Source: Klebsormidium nitens (lineage: Eukaryota > Plantae > Klebsormidiophyceae). From it: a DNA stretch of 64,000 nt. Every line of letters starts with the position of its first letter. The first letter of the stretch is position 1. This document shows positions 1-12,000 of the stretch, piece after piece. The notes under the pieces are model-generated. The model saw nothing but the letters and a program-made list of their open reading frames with translations. It was not told the DNA's origin and ran no database searches. The position numbers were made by a program, and so were the translations under genes. The DNA lies in the NCBI GenBank assembly GCA_000708835.1, contig DF237030.1, positions 62,001-126,000 on the forward strand. Reading direction: 5' to 3'.

Positions 1-105
1 CTTTTGCGGCCTTCTTTGCTAGGGTTGCTTCAGCCTTGCCGGTTCTGTCCGTCCATTGCGAACTGTGTTGAGCATTGCAGACCTGATACTTTTTATGCAT
101 CGCAG

Positions 106-3100
106 GTTTGTCCAGTTTGGAGCGGACACGGAGTGCCGGTGCGGTTCCGCGCGCTGCCGGGGTCGCCTCGGAAAGACCGCGCCGTCCGAGGACGGACTGA
201 ATAAAGCGAACGGGGGCCGGCTGGTCCAGAAAAAGGTGAATAGAGGGCCTCAGAAACTATGAAACACTGCTCGATGAAGGATTTTGAAGTGGGTGTTGAA
301 TGTGAAAATGCTTGAGCTGGAGGAACGAGGGTTGCAAATGCAGCCCCCTTGGTCAGAAGCGACTGTCTCGACTCTCGCAGATTGCGAGAGATTGAACATC
401 GTTCGGAGCTCTTTGGAGCGAGGACTTTTCAGGGTGGATACAGAGAGTCTCCGAAGCATATTAAGATGGAACACATTGAAAGAGGAAGACTTAGAGGGAA
501 GGAGACACGATCGCGATAAAAGCTGCGTCCCCGGCAGCTTGCAAGAAAGACGGTTGGCTCCTCCAAGCGTCGTGTACGTCTCGAAGCGCTTCCAAAGCGC
601 TTTAGAAAAGCGATATTATAACGTCTCCTTCATCCTGTGGCCCTGTGCAGATCAACGAGATGTTCCCGCAAAGCAAGGAAGGGGCTAAACGAAGGCTCAG
701 TGGTAAGTAGTGATCACCATGCATTCTTGGAAACTTTGGAGCAACCGCTGATGGCACTTGAAAACGGTTGAGCAGCGAGTCGATTCCCCAACCGTTTGCA
801 GGTCATCGTCCTAGATTTTGATCCAATCGGAAAAGCCACAGAATCATTTGATTCCCAGTAAGAGACTGGTGGATCTCAACATTGGGATGAACTGAAAGCG
901 TAACGTCTCCACAATTCGCAGCGGTTCCTTGTCGCACAAGGCGCTGAGCATCTGAGCGGGAATGCCCTTTAAAGCTCTGACGACCATGCCCATTGTAGCG
1001 AAGTGTTTCAGAAACGGAAGCAATCTCACGAAGCACGCGCTCTATAAGGTGTACAACAACGGCGTGTCAAAAGTCGGACTGGAATACGGCTCCGAAAATC
1101 TGATCTCATCGCGTTGGCTCTGCAGCGAAAGTGTTGCGAAAACGTGCGGAGCAGCTCAAGGCGGCCGAGGACCTGGTGGGCAAACGCGTGGAGGTCTGGT
1201 GGCCGTTGGATCAGATGTGAGCGCAATTCTATAACCCGTTATTTCAGAAAGGAAGACCTAATCTTCGTGTCGTGACTCGTGGCCCTTTGACTTCTAAACG
1301 GGGAATGGAGGCAATTATTTAATCTTTCTATCTTTCAGAGGAAAAGATAGAATCTGTTTTCCGTTGGTTAATTATCTACTCTCCTGCGCTTCTGAGCCTT
1401 GGCTTATAAAAGCCATTCCCACAAAAGTCGAGAAGACGGATTATGAATCTACATCCACAATCTCATGTGCTGACTTCCGCACTCTGGGGCAGGTACTATG
1501 GCGGTGAGGTCGTTGCCTACGACGCCGAGCGAAGGCTGCACCGGGTGCACTACGACGATTCGGAGGTGGAGTGGGTGGACCTCGTCAAAGAGCGCCACAG
1601 CATCGTCAAACCTGCCATGGCGCCCGTGCTGCCGTCCCTCTCCACTCCTAGTGAGTTTCGCTATCGCAAAATGCTCAACAGAAACTTCCTTTTGACAGGC
1701 TTTAGATTGCTCAGTTAGGCTGCGGTTATGCTTCCAGCGAGCTCCCTTTTGCGACTTTTGCTTTCGACGAAGAACCTCGCGGTTGACAGCCTTGATGAGC
1801 GCAGCTGAATTGAGACGTAGCATTAGGAAACACTGACGGGGAGAATGTCTCTGGGTAGGTTTCGGCGAATATTTATGCGCCACTAGGTCTCAAAGCAGCC
1901 TCAATCAACAGCCTCCTTTACCCTCCGACAGAAGGACGCCTTTAAGGGCCATTAAGCAAAAGGTCTCTTCGATGCGAACCCCTAAAGCTTTCTCTCTCCA
2001 GGCTCAGCACCTAGTTTGGGTCCTGCTCCCTCTAGCACGGTCCCCCCAGGGGTGAGCGGCGGTGCCGGAAGGACGCGGCGGTCACGCGGTCAGCAAATAG
2101 TGGGGCAGAGAATACGGGTATGGGACGAGGGACAGGGGCGCTACCGGACGGGTACCGTGGAGCTGTGCAATGCAACGCAGCTGACGCACACAGTAAGCCT
2201 GCTTATCGATCGTTCTCAAATTTGCAACATGGACTTTTCGGGAGCTTTGTTTGCCTAGAACGATGGGCATGGGCTCCTTGGCAGTGAAGCCGTCAAACCG
2301 GCCGAGGTCTCGCACACACTGGGTTTCGTATTCGTTGACTCGCTTGGGATGGAAAAAGTCCTTTTAAAAACTCTGGTTTGAGGGTCTAAAGTTTCCTGGG
2401 ATGGAGGAAGGGCAGGGCTGCTGCACAGTAGAAACCTCGAACTATCTCAAGCCCGCAGCTCATGTTTAAAGACGTGCAAGCCTGCAAGGTCTTTTAATAT
2501 GGACTGTCACTGCTTTCGAACTGGATCTCCTTAGGATGCAACCAACCAGTTTCTCGTGCCCGCTACATGTAGGAAATCTTCGGCTTTTTCACCAGGCACT
2601 CCGACAAATGAGTCGAGTTGCTGAATGCGTTGACATTCGAAGATGTAGCCAATCTGACCTTTACGACGCAATGTCGGAACGGCCGCTGACTTTTCGTGCT
2701 GCTTCCTCACCTGACATAGTTGCTTCGTTCCTGGCCGCAGATTGTGTACGACTGCGGCATGCGCGTACAGCTAGACCTGTCGCGGCACCGCTGGCAGTTG
2801 GAGACCACGTACCACATGCCGTCGGAATTCTGTACGCCGGACCCAACGGAAAAGGTATGGCGGAAATCTCCCGGAGCCTCGTGAATTGTCATTGCGTCGT
2901 CGCCAAGTCCCTGCTTCAAAAGAGCGTGGCCTTTTCAGTACTGCTCGATTTCAGGATTGCTCTGAAGGTTCTAGATGTTGGCAACTGCGAGAGAGATTTG
3001 CAAACGAAGGCGTGAGCAAGTCAGGCCTGGCCTTGGGTTGGGAGTGCAGGCTGCAACGTCAGTTCGGCTGAGGATCATGTCACCTGTCAGCTATGGAAAG

Positions 3101-4674
3101 TGTTACTGGCTGACTTCATTTTCTGACCAAATTTCTGCAGGCAGAAGGCGAGGCTCTCGTGGGCCGCAGGATAGCGCTCTGGTGGACTGTCGGGAAGCAG
3201 TGAGCAACTCTGCTCGAACTTTCTTTCTGAATCATTAGGGTTCACATCTTTCGCCCCCATCCCTCCTCCGCCATCTATGATTCCGTTCCGCTTGTCCCGT
3301 TTCGCTGATTCCGCCGTCCTAGTTCCGCTTCTTCTCGCGTGCTGACCTCTCATTCCGCCGCCCCCAAATCCGCCGGTCAAGTCTGCCCCCTCTACCTCCG
3401 TCAGCTATGACAGACACCACCCGTTCTGTCTCGACTTATCTCTGCGATACCGCAAGTATCTTTTGGTGCCTCCAGGCTATCCTGTGGCAAGCCCTCGATG
3501 TGTTAAGCCCCCTTTGGGTCATTCTTCCTCAAAGCCCTTCTGTTGAATTGCCCGTTTATGAATGCTAAAAGAGCAGGCCAGACTCAGTATTAACTTCTTT
3601 CCGCAGGCAATGGCACGAAGGGGTGGTCGAATGCTACTATCCAGGGGAGAAGATGCACCTGGTTAGTATCGTTACAACAATTCTAGCCTCCAACTCTTCA
3701 TCAAGAATCATCCTAGTCACACTTTAAACTCCGGACAACGCGTTTCCTTTATCCTGCCGCAATTAACGCACAGCTATGTCCGCCATAAGTCTGCGTCCTT
3801 ACGTGCGTGAGGTGTTCAAAAGGGGCAAAACTTTCACAATGCGTTTTTCACCGAATAAGAGTGGGCAGCTGACCAGCGCATAGAAGGACTTGATGTAGCG
3901 GTCTGCTTCCTCCGACGAACTACGCCCAGATACTCGCCAATCAAAGCTCGAGTCTCGGCACAGTCGGGGCACCCGAGGCTTAATCACTCCTGCTTTGCAG
4001 ATGAAGGCACAGCTCCTTCTCGAAGCCCGTCTTTTACCAGTTCTTGACAATCTCATCGCATCAGCAAAGATCCTGTAGCTCGTACATGTCCAGCAAACGA
4101 CTCTCGGATATACGTCATTATGTTCAGGACTTCAGGGCAGTGGCATCATCTCATTCCGCCCGGCTGCTTGCAGATCCGGTACGATTCCGGTATCACGGAG
4201 GACATCTCGCTGGAGGAGCAAGAGTGGCGCTTGCTCGAGCAGGACACTGACGGGCTCGAGCCGGACTGCGACGACGGGTCGTTGTGCATTGACGACAAGC
4301 TCAGCCAAACAACTGTGGATGTCTCCAAGGTAAGGCGCGGTCGCTTTTGGTAACGGACGAATTAGAGTGAGGCCCGCTTGTCGTCTATTTGTATTTGTGG
4401 CTTGGCACTCGAGGCAGGCGAGGGGAGAACCGTGAGAAAGTCTTCAACTTTTCTGTTAGTGCTGTGTTGAATTGACGTGTGAGGCGGCGTTTCATTTCGA
4501 GAGAATGGTCTGGTGATGGATCACACCATGTTTGGTGAATCATCAGGGGACTCCTCCTGTTTCAAAGACTGCTGAGTGTCACAGGCGTGTCTGAAGATTC
4601 TCTTTACCATACTGTCACAGATTAGCGAAGTGTACCATTCGCCGAAGAAGCGACGGCAAGCTGCAGTCGCTTAG
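106..4674 (+). CDS. 3' part of a SET-domain histone-lysine methyltransferase (ASHH3/SDG7-like post-SET) followed by three Tudor/Agenet-like repeats; 5' end lies outside the window
   Basis: Phase-consistent exon model: 106-235, 651-702, 1126-1216, 1493-1650, 2002-2192, 2741-2854, 3141-3199, 3607-3661, 4174-4329, 4621-4674. The first exon reads FVQFGADTECRCGSARCRGRLG (post-SET CxCxxxxC, close to Arabidopsis ASHH3). Tudor-like units: LVGKRVEVWWPLDQMYYGGEVVAYD..HRVHYDDSEVEWVDL; IVGQRIRVW..HTIVYDCG; LVGRRIALWW..WHEGVV..HLIRYDSG. The last exon contains PKKRR (NLS-like). The linking exon 651-702 and the last exon are the least certain. Confidence 0.75.
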
Positions 4675-5149
4675 CTCATCAGAGGCGGGGCCTAGATCGG
4701 ACAACAACAACTCTCTTCACTGAAAGAAGTGCAGAGTTGACGTTACTAGCTCACTTGACAGTAGCATGAGGAGGTTGCAAGACCATAGGAGGGTTGCAAG
4801 ACCTCGTGTATGCCTCTAACTATCCGATTGCCCAATCAGCAACTGACAAAGCAGGGGGCTACCTACTTTGGCAGACAGAGATATGCAAGCAATCGGTTGG
4901 ATATCCTGACGTACGGCTTTCAAGGCTGCAGCCTCTTTCCGTACACTGAGAGAAATGACATACAAAGGGCACAAACATGCCCAAGTCGAGCAATCGAAAG
5001 TTGTTACCTTCCATGACGATTGTGATGGAAGCGCGCGATTTGGCAATCATGACATGGGCTAAGTTGCTTCAATTGCTGATTACCTGCGGCTTATAAAGTG
5101 AGTGGGTCCGACACATACCGTACCTCAACGTGTAGATTCGTGAACTAGC

Positions 5150-5620
5150 TAGATTTCAATTTGGTAAAAGCTAAGTATGATCCGTCGGACGGCCGGCGTG
5201 GCCCCGGCTGGGCATGTCTAATTCTTGCCCTAGTGTCAGCTATAGCTATATATTTAAAACGATCCATGCATGGCGGCATGCATGTGTTCAATGCCCTCGA
5301 TCGATCCGCACCGCACGCGCACTGATGCATGTACGTTCGTAAAATTAAGCATGCTGGTCATGCTCGGGGCCGCGCCAACACGGCCGGCTTCGATGCATAT
5401 GTCGGATGTACGTGTCAATCACAATGTGTGATAGCTGCTAAGCTAGGACCGCGCATGGCATACATGCTTATAACTGCAGTGATGCAGTGCACGATATAAA
5501 TCTATAGGCTGCTGCCGCATCTCCATTATTAGCTACTAAGAGCTTGAGTTGCCTTGCTTCGCATCATGCAGAGCAACATGGTACTAACGTAGCATATGGG
5601 GTGAATCGGCTCGGCTTTTG
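5150..5620. other. Palindrome-rich non-coding island in the tail-to-tail gap between the SET-Tudor gene and GET4
   Basis: Dense self-complementary words: TATAGCTATA (5241-5250), CCATGCATGG (5264-5273), TCGATCGA, GCATGC, ATGCAT, CGGCCG, GTGCAC. No credible coding exon. Confidence 0.55.
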
Positions 5621-6008
5621 ATGTTATGAATTGTCTTCCAATATACACTCATCCACAGAGCCTCTCGACAGCTAGCCTTCGTCTTCTAGAAAGAGACACT
5701 GCCGCCGCACCTGCAAGGCATGAAAACCTGCGTTATCTTGAATACTCGTACAACGTGTTGGGACGATCGGACCCGTATATAGGGCGCTCGGAACCAAATC
5801 AAAAAATGAAATTTCCCATAACGTAAGCTTCAGTCAGCAGGAAGGCTCCAATGAAAAAGGGATGCGAATGGACCAAAAGCAGCAAAGAGAGGTCATTGCC
5901 CTTGCTACGTCCGACTTTGCAAGTCGGTCCGAAACTTTGAATCGACCAACCTGCGATGCGGTTCTGCCCTTGGTCTCTCCAAAAGCGCACTCCCGTAAGC
6001 CCGTCCAC

Positions 6009-9000
6009 TTAACCAAAAATCTGCAGACATGAGAGGGCACATGTGAGAAAAACGAGCAGCGAAGTTGCAATACAATTCGGATCTATTGACGGCGGGTCAA
6101 ACATAGGTGCAAAACTGCATAGCCCAGTTACGATTGCAGCATAGACTGCCAAATTCCTTTTGTAGATGTCGACCATTGTTACCGTTTGCAGGAAGGCGTT
6201 CCAAGCGACGAGACAGCTCTGCGCTCGCCACGATAAAAGTACTCTCAACCCGCCGCCGTGCGTACCTTCAAAAGACCGTCTAGCATGCCGGCTGGCTTAG
6301 GGATCCCGTAGAACTTGAAAGCGATCTCGCCAATGTACTGCGGAAGATCAATATGTCACGTCAGCAGATGTTGAGCCGAGGGGAGACAACAACCTGAAAA
6401 AAGCATCCTGGCACATGTTCTCAGGACGTTCGCGAACCAGTTAAAGGCAGCCGTAGTCTCCAAGTCACCAATCGATAGGATCAGAGGCAAATTCTCGCAT
6501 CTTTGGCACTACATCATGACACAACAAAGATGCACTTTCTGTCGGTGGCCTGACTAACAAGGAAAGCCGTAAAACGAGCACCGCTTTCCGATACATCCCG
6601 TACGTACGCCTTGGCGATCCTGAGTGCGTTAGCTAAAGGTGACGTAAGCCGAGCGGACCCTGTCTCGTCATCCTTGCAGCTCACCGTTTGGAAGGAGGGG
6701 TCGCGCTCCAGGCTGGGCTTGTACTTGTGCCGGAGCAGATTGAAAAGAGGTAGCGCGTCGCGCTCGAGTCTGCATGAGGGGGTTTGAACAGGTCGTTGTG
6801 AGTGACGTCACAGGGCGACAGCGCGGCCCGCCAAGTGCCTCCCCATGTCGCCGACTTAGTGGTATCAGCGCTTGTTCCCCAAACGCTCTTCTCTACGCAG
6901 AAGCGCTTTCCATAGACGCGCTTTTCCACGTGTCACAGCTTAGGTCTCTTCAAAAAACTTCTGCCACGCTTGGAAAAGGTTCCACCAGAAAAGGAGAAGC
7001 GAGAATGCATTCCAATCCGTTGTCTTTAACCTTTACGCTGTTATGTATCTCTAGAGCTCAATCGAGGGCCAAGTCCGCTCCGGTGAAATGACTGCTCCCT
7101 TGCAAGAAACTAAAGTGCAACTCGATCCCCCATGATGAAGATCTGATCAAAGAGAGAAGGCGGAGCAAGATGCGCCCACTTTCACTTCGAGAACCGGCAA
7201 AGACACGGAGAAAGGACAGTCCTGTCATGGTTACAGGGGTATTCCACCGTCGAACTAATATGTGAACCTTCAGGCGACTTTTCAACCTGCATATCCAAAA
7301 TCAACATGCAACACAATGCAGAGAAGGTTTACGTGGTGCAGAGCAGCGTCTCACGTTTGAAGAAGGAAGTCGATGAAGTGCATCAGCGGCGAAGCTTCTA
7401 GAATTGTCTCCACTGCCGTATCCGCGCGTTTCTTCGTCTCCTCAAAGACAATATTCGCGTCCTTCAAGTTGCCCAGGGACAGGTATCTGCGAGCGATACA
7501 AATGCATGTCAAAAAGCGTAAGTTGAGTGTCAGATGCGACGAAATCGATGCATTGTCACACGAAGAAGAAGTGTCTGCAAAAGCAAAGAGCACGGTGACT
7601 AACCCTTGTGACTAAGGTTGTGTCCCGTCAGAAAGACGAATGAAAGCACTACGTCAGCTTCTAGAGAAATGCATCCAGTACGTTGCGTTCGGCGCTCTGG
7701 ATGGTCGCGATTTGTCCAGCAACACAAGGCTATGAACGACAAGCCCGCAAAAAGAGGAGATCCGCTCAAAAGATGATGACCAGAGCGGATACCCGAAGTG
7801 GGTTTCCTGGTCCCACACGGCAAGCATCGTTTCGGAAAGCCACGAGCAACACCGGAACTTGAAGAGCACATGAAAACTAGGGCTGCTGAAAGCATCTATG
7901 TTGAGATGGTGCCAGTGGCCAAATGATGTTTTTCCAGGTTCACAATGCAACAGCACACCTCGCAGGATGTACTCTTCACAACAACAACGCTGTAACGCTC
8001 GAGTAGAACGACAGAAGAAAGCCGGGAGATTGGCGTGACTCACTGCAGAACGGCTCTTGCAATGACTAGGTCTGCTTCGCTGGGGTATCCCTGGCAGAAA
8101 GCACAACCACGTCAGCCTAAGCAGAGGTCTAGTGATGTGATAGCAATACCCGCGCAAGCCAGAGTTAGGGCGATTAGGACACGGTCTCTCGCAGTGGTCC
8201 GTCCTCGCACGAGCTCTTTTATGTTGTTTCGATCGTACGCAAGTCCAGAGAGATCGGACATCGTCTTGAAGGCAATCGAGGACTCGACTTACATCACGCT
8301 ATGTATAAGTGTTACAAGGAATTTCTACCCTAACGAGTATTTTGTACTCGCTTAATACAACGGTATGGCAATACTCGCTTATATCCTTTGATTCGAACCT
8401 ACACACCAGATTCAAGAGAGGTGACGAACAATAACAAAAAAGTTTTCTCACCTGTTGCATTGCCTCTCCGAGCACTTCCGCAAACCGCGCGGGCTTGTCC
8501 GCTCGCAGATAGTGCCGCGACGCCGTCGCGAGGTCCCCCGCAGAGGCCCACACGTAGTCGGCCAGCATGACGTGTAGCTCGGGCGCACCCTGAGCCGGAC
8601 CACCACACTTCTCGGACCACCTGTGGAAGAGATGCATTTCAGCAATGGTAATGGTGCCATCCATCCGGGCAGGGTGGGGCATCCCCATGCTCCTGTCTGT
8701 GCGCACGAAAGAACGTGCTCACAAACTTCGAGCACTCATCCGGCAGCATCCGCCAAAGCTTGATAACAGTTGGTAACGTTTGCCGTTGGCTTATCTAGGT
8801 CGACCGTTGAACATAAGTTAAGTTGCGAAAATTGTGGCCTTTGCTGGATTAATTCGCAAGGCGCATGTTTCGCAAGTGCTACCTGTGGTGAGTGACTCCC
8901 AGCACTGCCCACTTACACTGCACGCCTTCCTGGCCCCAACGGATTGTAAGCCGCTAACAGCTTTTATCTATGCAAAGTCGCTGTAGCGCACACAGTGAAG

Positions 9001-12000
9001 CAACAAAGCATTCAATGACACAGCGAACCGATGCAACTCGAAAGCCTTGTCTCACTTGATGGCCGCTCTCAAGAAGTCCCGGCAGCCCTGCCCTCGGCCA
9101 GTCGTCGTGGGCCCGTCTGTGTTTGGCTCCTCCTCCGCATCTTGGAAAGAACCCTCCCCACTCTCCTCCTTCGGCGCTTCTGACGTCGGGAACAGCTCGT
9201 ACATCCGCCGAATGCGACCTGTGGACAGGACAACCGGGATGAGGTTCGTCTCAATTCGGTTGTGAGGCCACGTTTTGGGGTGGTGAGCGGCCGTTGTTCT
9301 GACGACGGCAGACGATGTGCCTTTCTCATTCCGACAGCCCAAGTGCTGCTATCAGCAATCCTGGGTGTGTCGTCAAGTCTGCAACGATCCAGCGTCCCAC
9401 TAAAAACAGCAAGAGCAGGGTTTCTGACGGCATTGCGAAGTGGTGGACCCATCCAACTTGGAGATCCGAAAGGTGTTGGAACTCTTACATACGACAGTCC
9501 GGCTGAGCTCTAGGTTGCAACCTTTTTCATACAGTTGTTTGACTGAGGAGAACCTTGGATCCAATTTCAAGAGATGTGCAGCCTTTCAAACCTTACGACA
9601 TGATGCTCATGAGCTCATTTGTGCCCAAAGAAAGCAACAATTGGCTGCGGAAAAGCGCGCAGTCTTTCTCGAAATCCAGCTCGCTAGATTCCGACCCGGG
9701 CATACAACTTCAACTTTAGAGGCTGTACTTCGAGCGTTTTAGGGAAGTGCGTCAGCAAAGAAGCATCAAATCATCGAACAAATTGGAGAGGGTGCGATGA
9801 ACAAGAGAGGCCTCAACCAAACACCCCTCCTCAAGCGGGTTGTCATAGAAATCCATGAAAGACCCAGTAGACAAGTTCATAAGAAAGCTGACGACGTCGG
9901 AAGTAGCGGACAAGCCCGGACTCAGTACACACGCGAAGAACGTGTTCTGAAATCATGAAAGCTGACGAAGGCGATTACAAAATAAGTTTCCTTGACCAAC
10001 CAGGGTTCGATATTAGCCTTCGGTTGATAGTCTCAAAAAGCCTTCGGCTGAAAGTAGACAAGCCTGCTAATGCACGAGCCCAGGGCGTCTTTCTTCCTTG
10101 ACTACTCACACTGCACAAGCCACGAACTTGACTAAACAAGCTTACGCTACGATCAAACGCACATACATAAGAGGCCAGCCATAAATGGTCGCAAGTAAAT
10201 GGAGCCAACTCCCACCGTCGCATAGATCCTCATGAGCAGAATACTAGGCGACAAGCGTCACTGAAAGGCAAGGTCCTCAAGGAACAGACCGGAGCTAAAC
10301 CAGGTTGGTCGCTCAGAAGGCGCGATGGAAACTTTCAGCTCACCGAACAATTTAGCAAATCGGAGCGCGCCCGAACCTGTCATCAGGCTAGGCCGTCCTT
10401 CAGATGAGGAAGCCGATACATCAAGCCAAATTTCTGTCGAGCGTGTTCAAATACGGTCAGCGGGGATATTTTTGAGGCCAGAAAGAACCTGGCATACTAT
10501 GCCACCGTCGATATGCTCAACGCTTTCAGGAGAACCGGGGGAAAATGAAAAAACACCCTTGCAAATCAGCATGTTCTAGACAGCCCCGAACGTCCGGACT
10601 CACGCCTCTTATCACATGCCAACTGCGGCGGTCAGCCCGCATGTGCACCAACAATAACCCCGTAGAACTCGCAAATGATCGAAGCCCCTCGAAGGTGGCC
10701 GCTCAACGCTTGGAGTAATTGAAGTGTGAGCTCTCGCAAGCTCAACTCTTGAGCATCATTGGCAGCTACAGCAAAGTGCAGCGCTCATCCGAGTGACTGA
10801 ATTGAGAGAACGCAGTAGAGACGTCCTGATTCTGACTTGTCTCGAAAGTTTTGCGAAGTCAAACCGGTATTATGTAAGCACTGATTGATTGCCTGGGTTG
10901 GAATGACGGACGAAGAGCAAAGGATGTCACAGGAAAGTCAAAACAGAAAAGTTCGGCCACAAATATCGGAGATTAAGCCAGCAGGATGTTGGCTGGCAGC
11001 CAGGCCCAAGCAAAGCGGCACCAAAACAGGCACAGAAAATGACTTACTACAAAGACGTAACTCTGCTTGGATGGCCCCTGTGGTAGTGCTGTGGTTGGAT
11101 CGATTGAGCAGGTAATTTGATTTCCCAGATGCCAGTGAAAGTCCGGTATTGACCATACGAAGCGCAAGTCATTCTGGCAGGTTGCTTAGGTACGAAAGCC
11201 GTCCGACACGCTTCAAGAATTGCAAACGCAAGCGTTCGAGCATGTCTGCCACAAGTCCCACGAGCTAGAGGAACAGGTAATCGAAGCCGGGTAAGGATAG
11301 CCAGAATAGGGGGAAGCCTGAGACGGCCGAACATTTCGAGTACGTGCTAAGAGGCTATCCCCGTAGGGGTTTGGAACCTTCCACTCACCCTTACTCGTTC
11401 AAAACAATGCATTTCTTACGATAGCAAAGTAAATGCCCCTAGAAACCATCTACACAGGCCCTCGTCACTATGTTCAGGTGCTTTCACTCTGTAGAGACGA
11501 GGAGCAGTCATTAACAAGCCGTCCGAAAAGAAAGGTACCTGGTTTGGGAGGCCTGCCCAAGCAGCTTTCCGTCATCGGCAACATAGCGTGCAAGTCCAAG
11601 ACAAATGAGAATGTTTCAAAGGAATCTGATTGAAGGGACTCGCGTTCAACCTCTTATGCGACCAGCACCTCCAGATTTAGGAGAACGTCTACCAAGTGCG
11701 TTCGAGGCGCCCTCAAAAGCGGAGGATACGGCGACACGCCAGATGCATTTTTCGGGGGCCACATAGACACTCCGCACACTGTCAACGGCTCTTGAAACGT
11801 TTGGATACCAGTCCACAAGATCTCCGTTGTTGATAACGACGCGCACTCTGACACGCTACAAAGGAAGCGGCTCATCGAGGCTATCCCCAAACTCCATATC
11901 TGGAACACGCAGTCAGCCCTCAAAAACAAGGCGGAACCGACGCAGGTTCGGCTCCCCCTCCAAAATGCTGCAAATCTGGATAGCAAGCCAGGGATACGAG

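Noticed and set aside
284-688. 134-aa ORF as a separate gene or large exon
   Set aside because: It has no recognisable domain or suitable in-phase splice sites. A short exon in another frame (651-702) links the flanking exons correctly.
11350-11395. tRNA/SINE-like B-box (GGTTCCAAACC on the - strand, 11368-11378)
   Set aside because: There is no properly spaced A-box, no cloverleaf and no tail or TSD.
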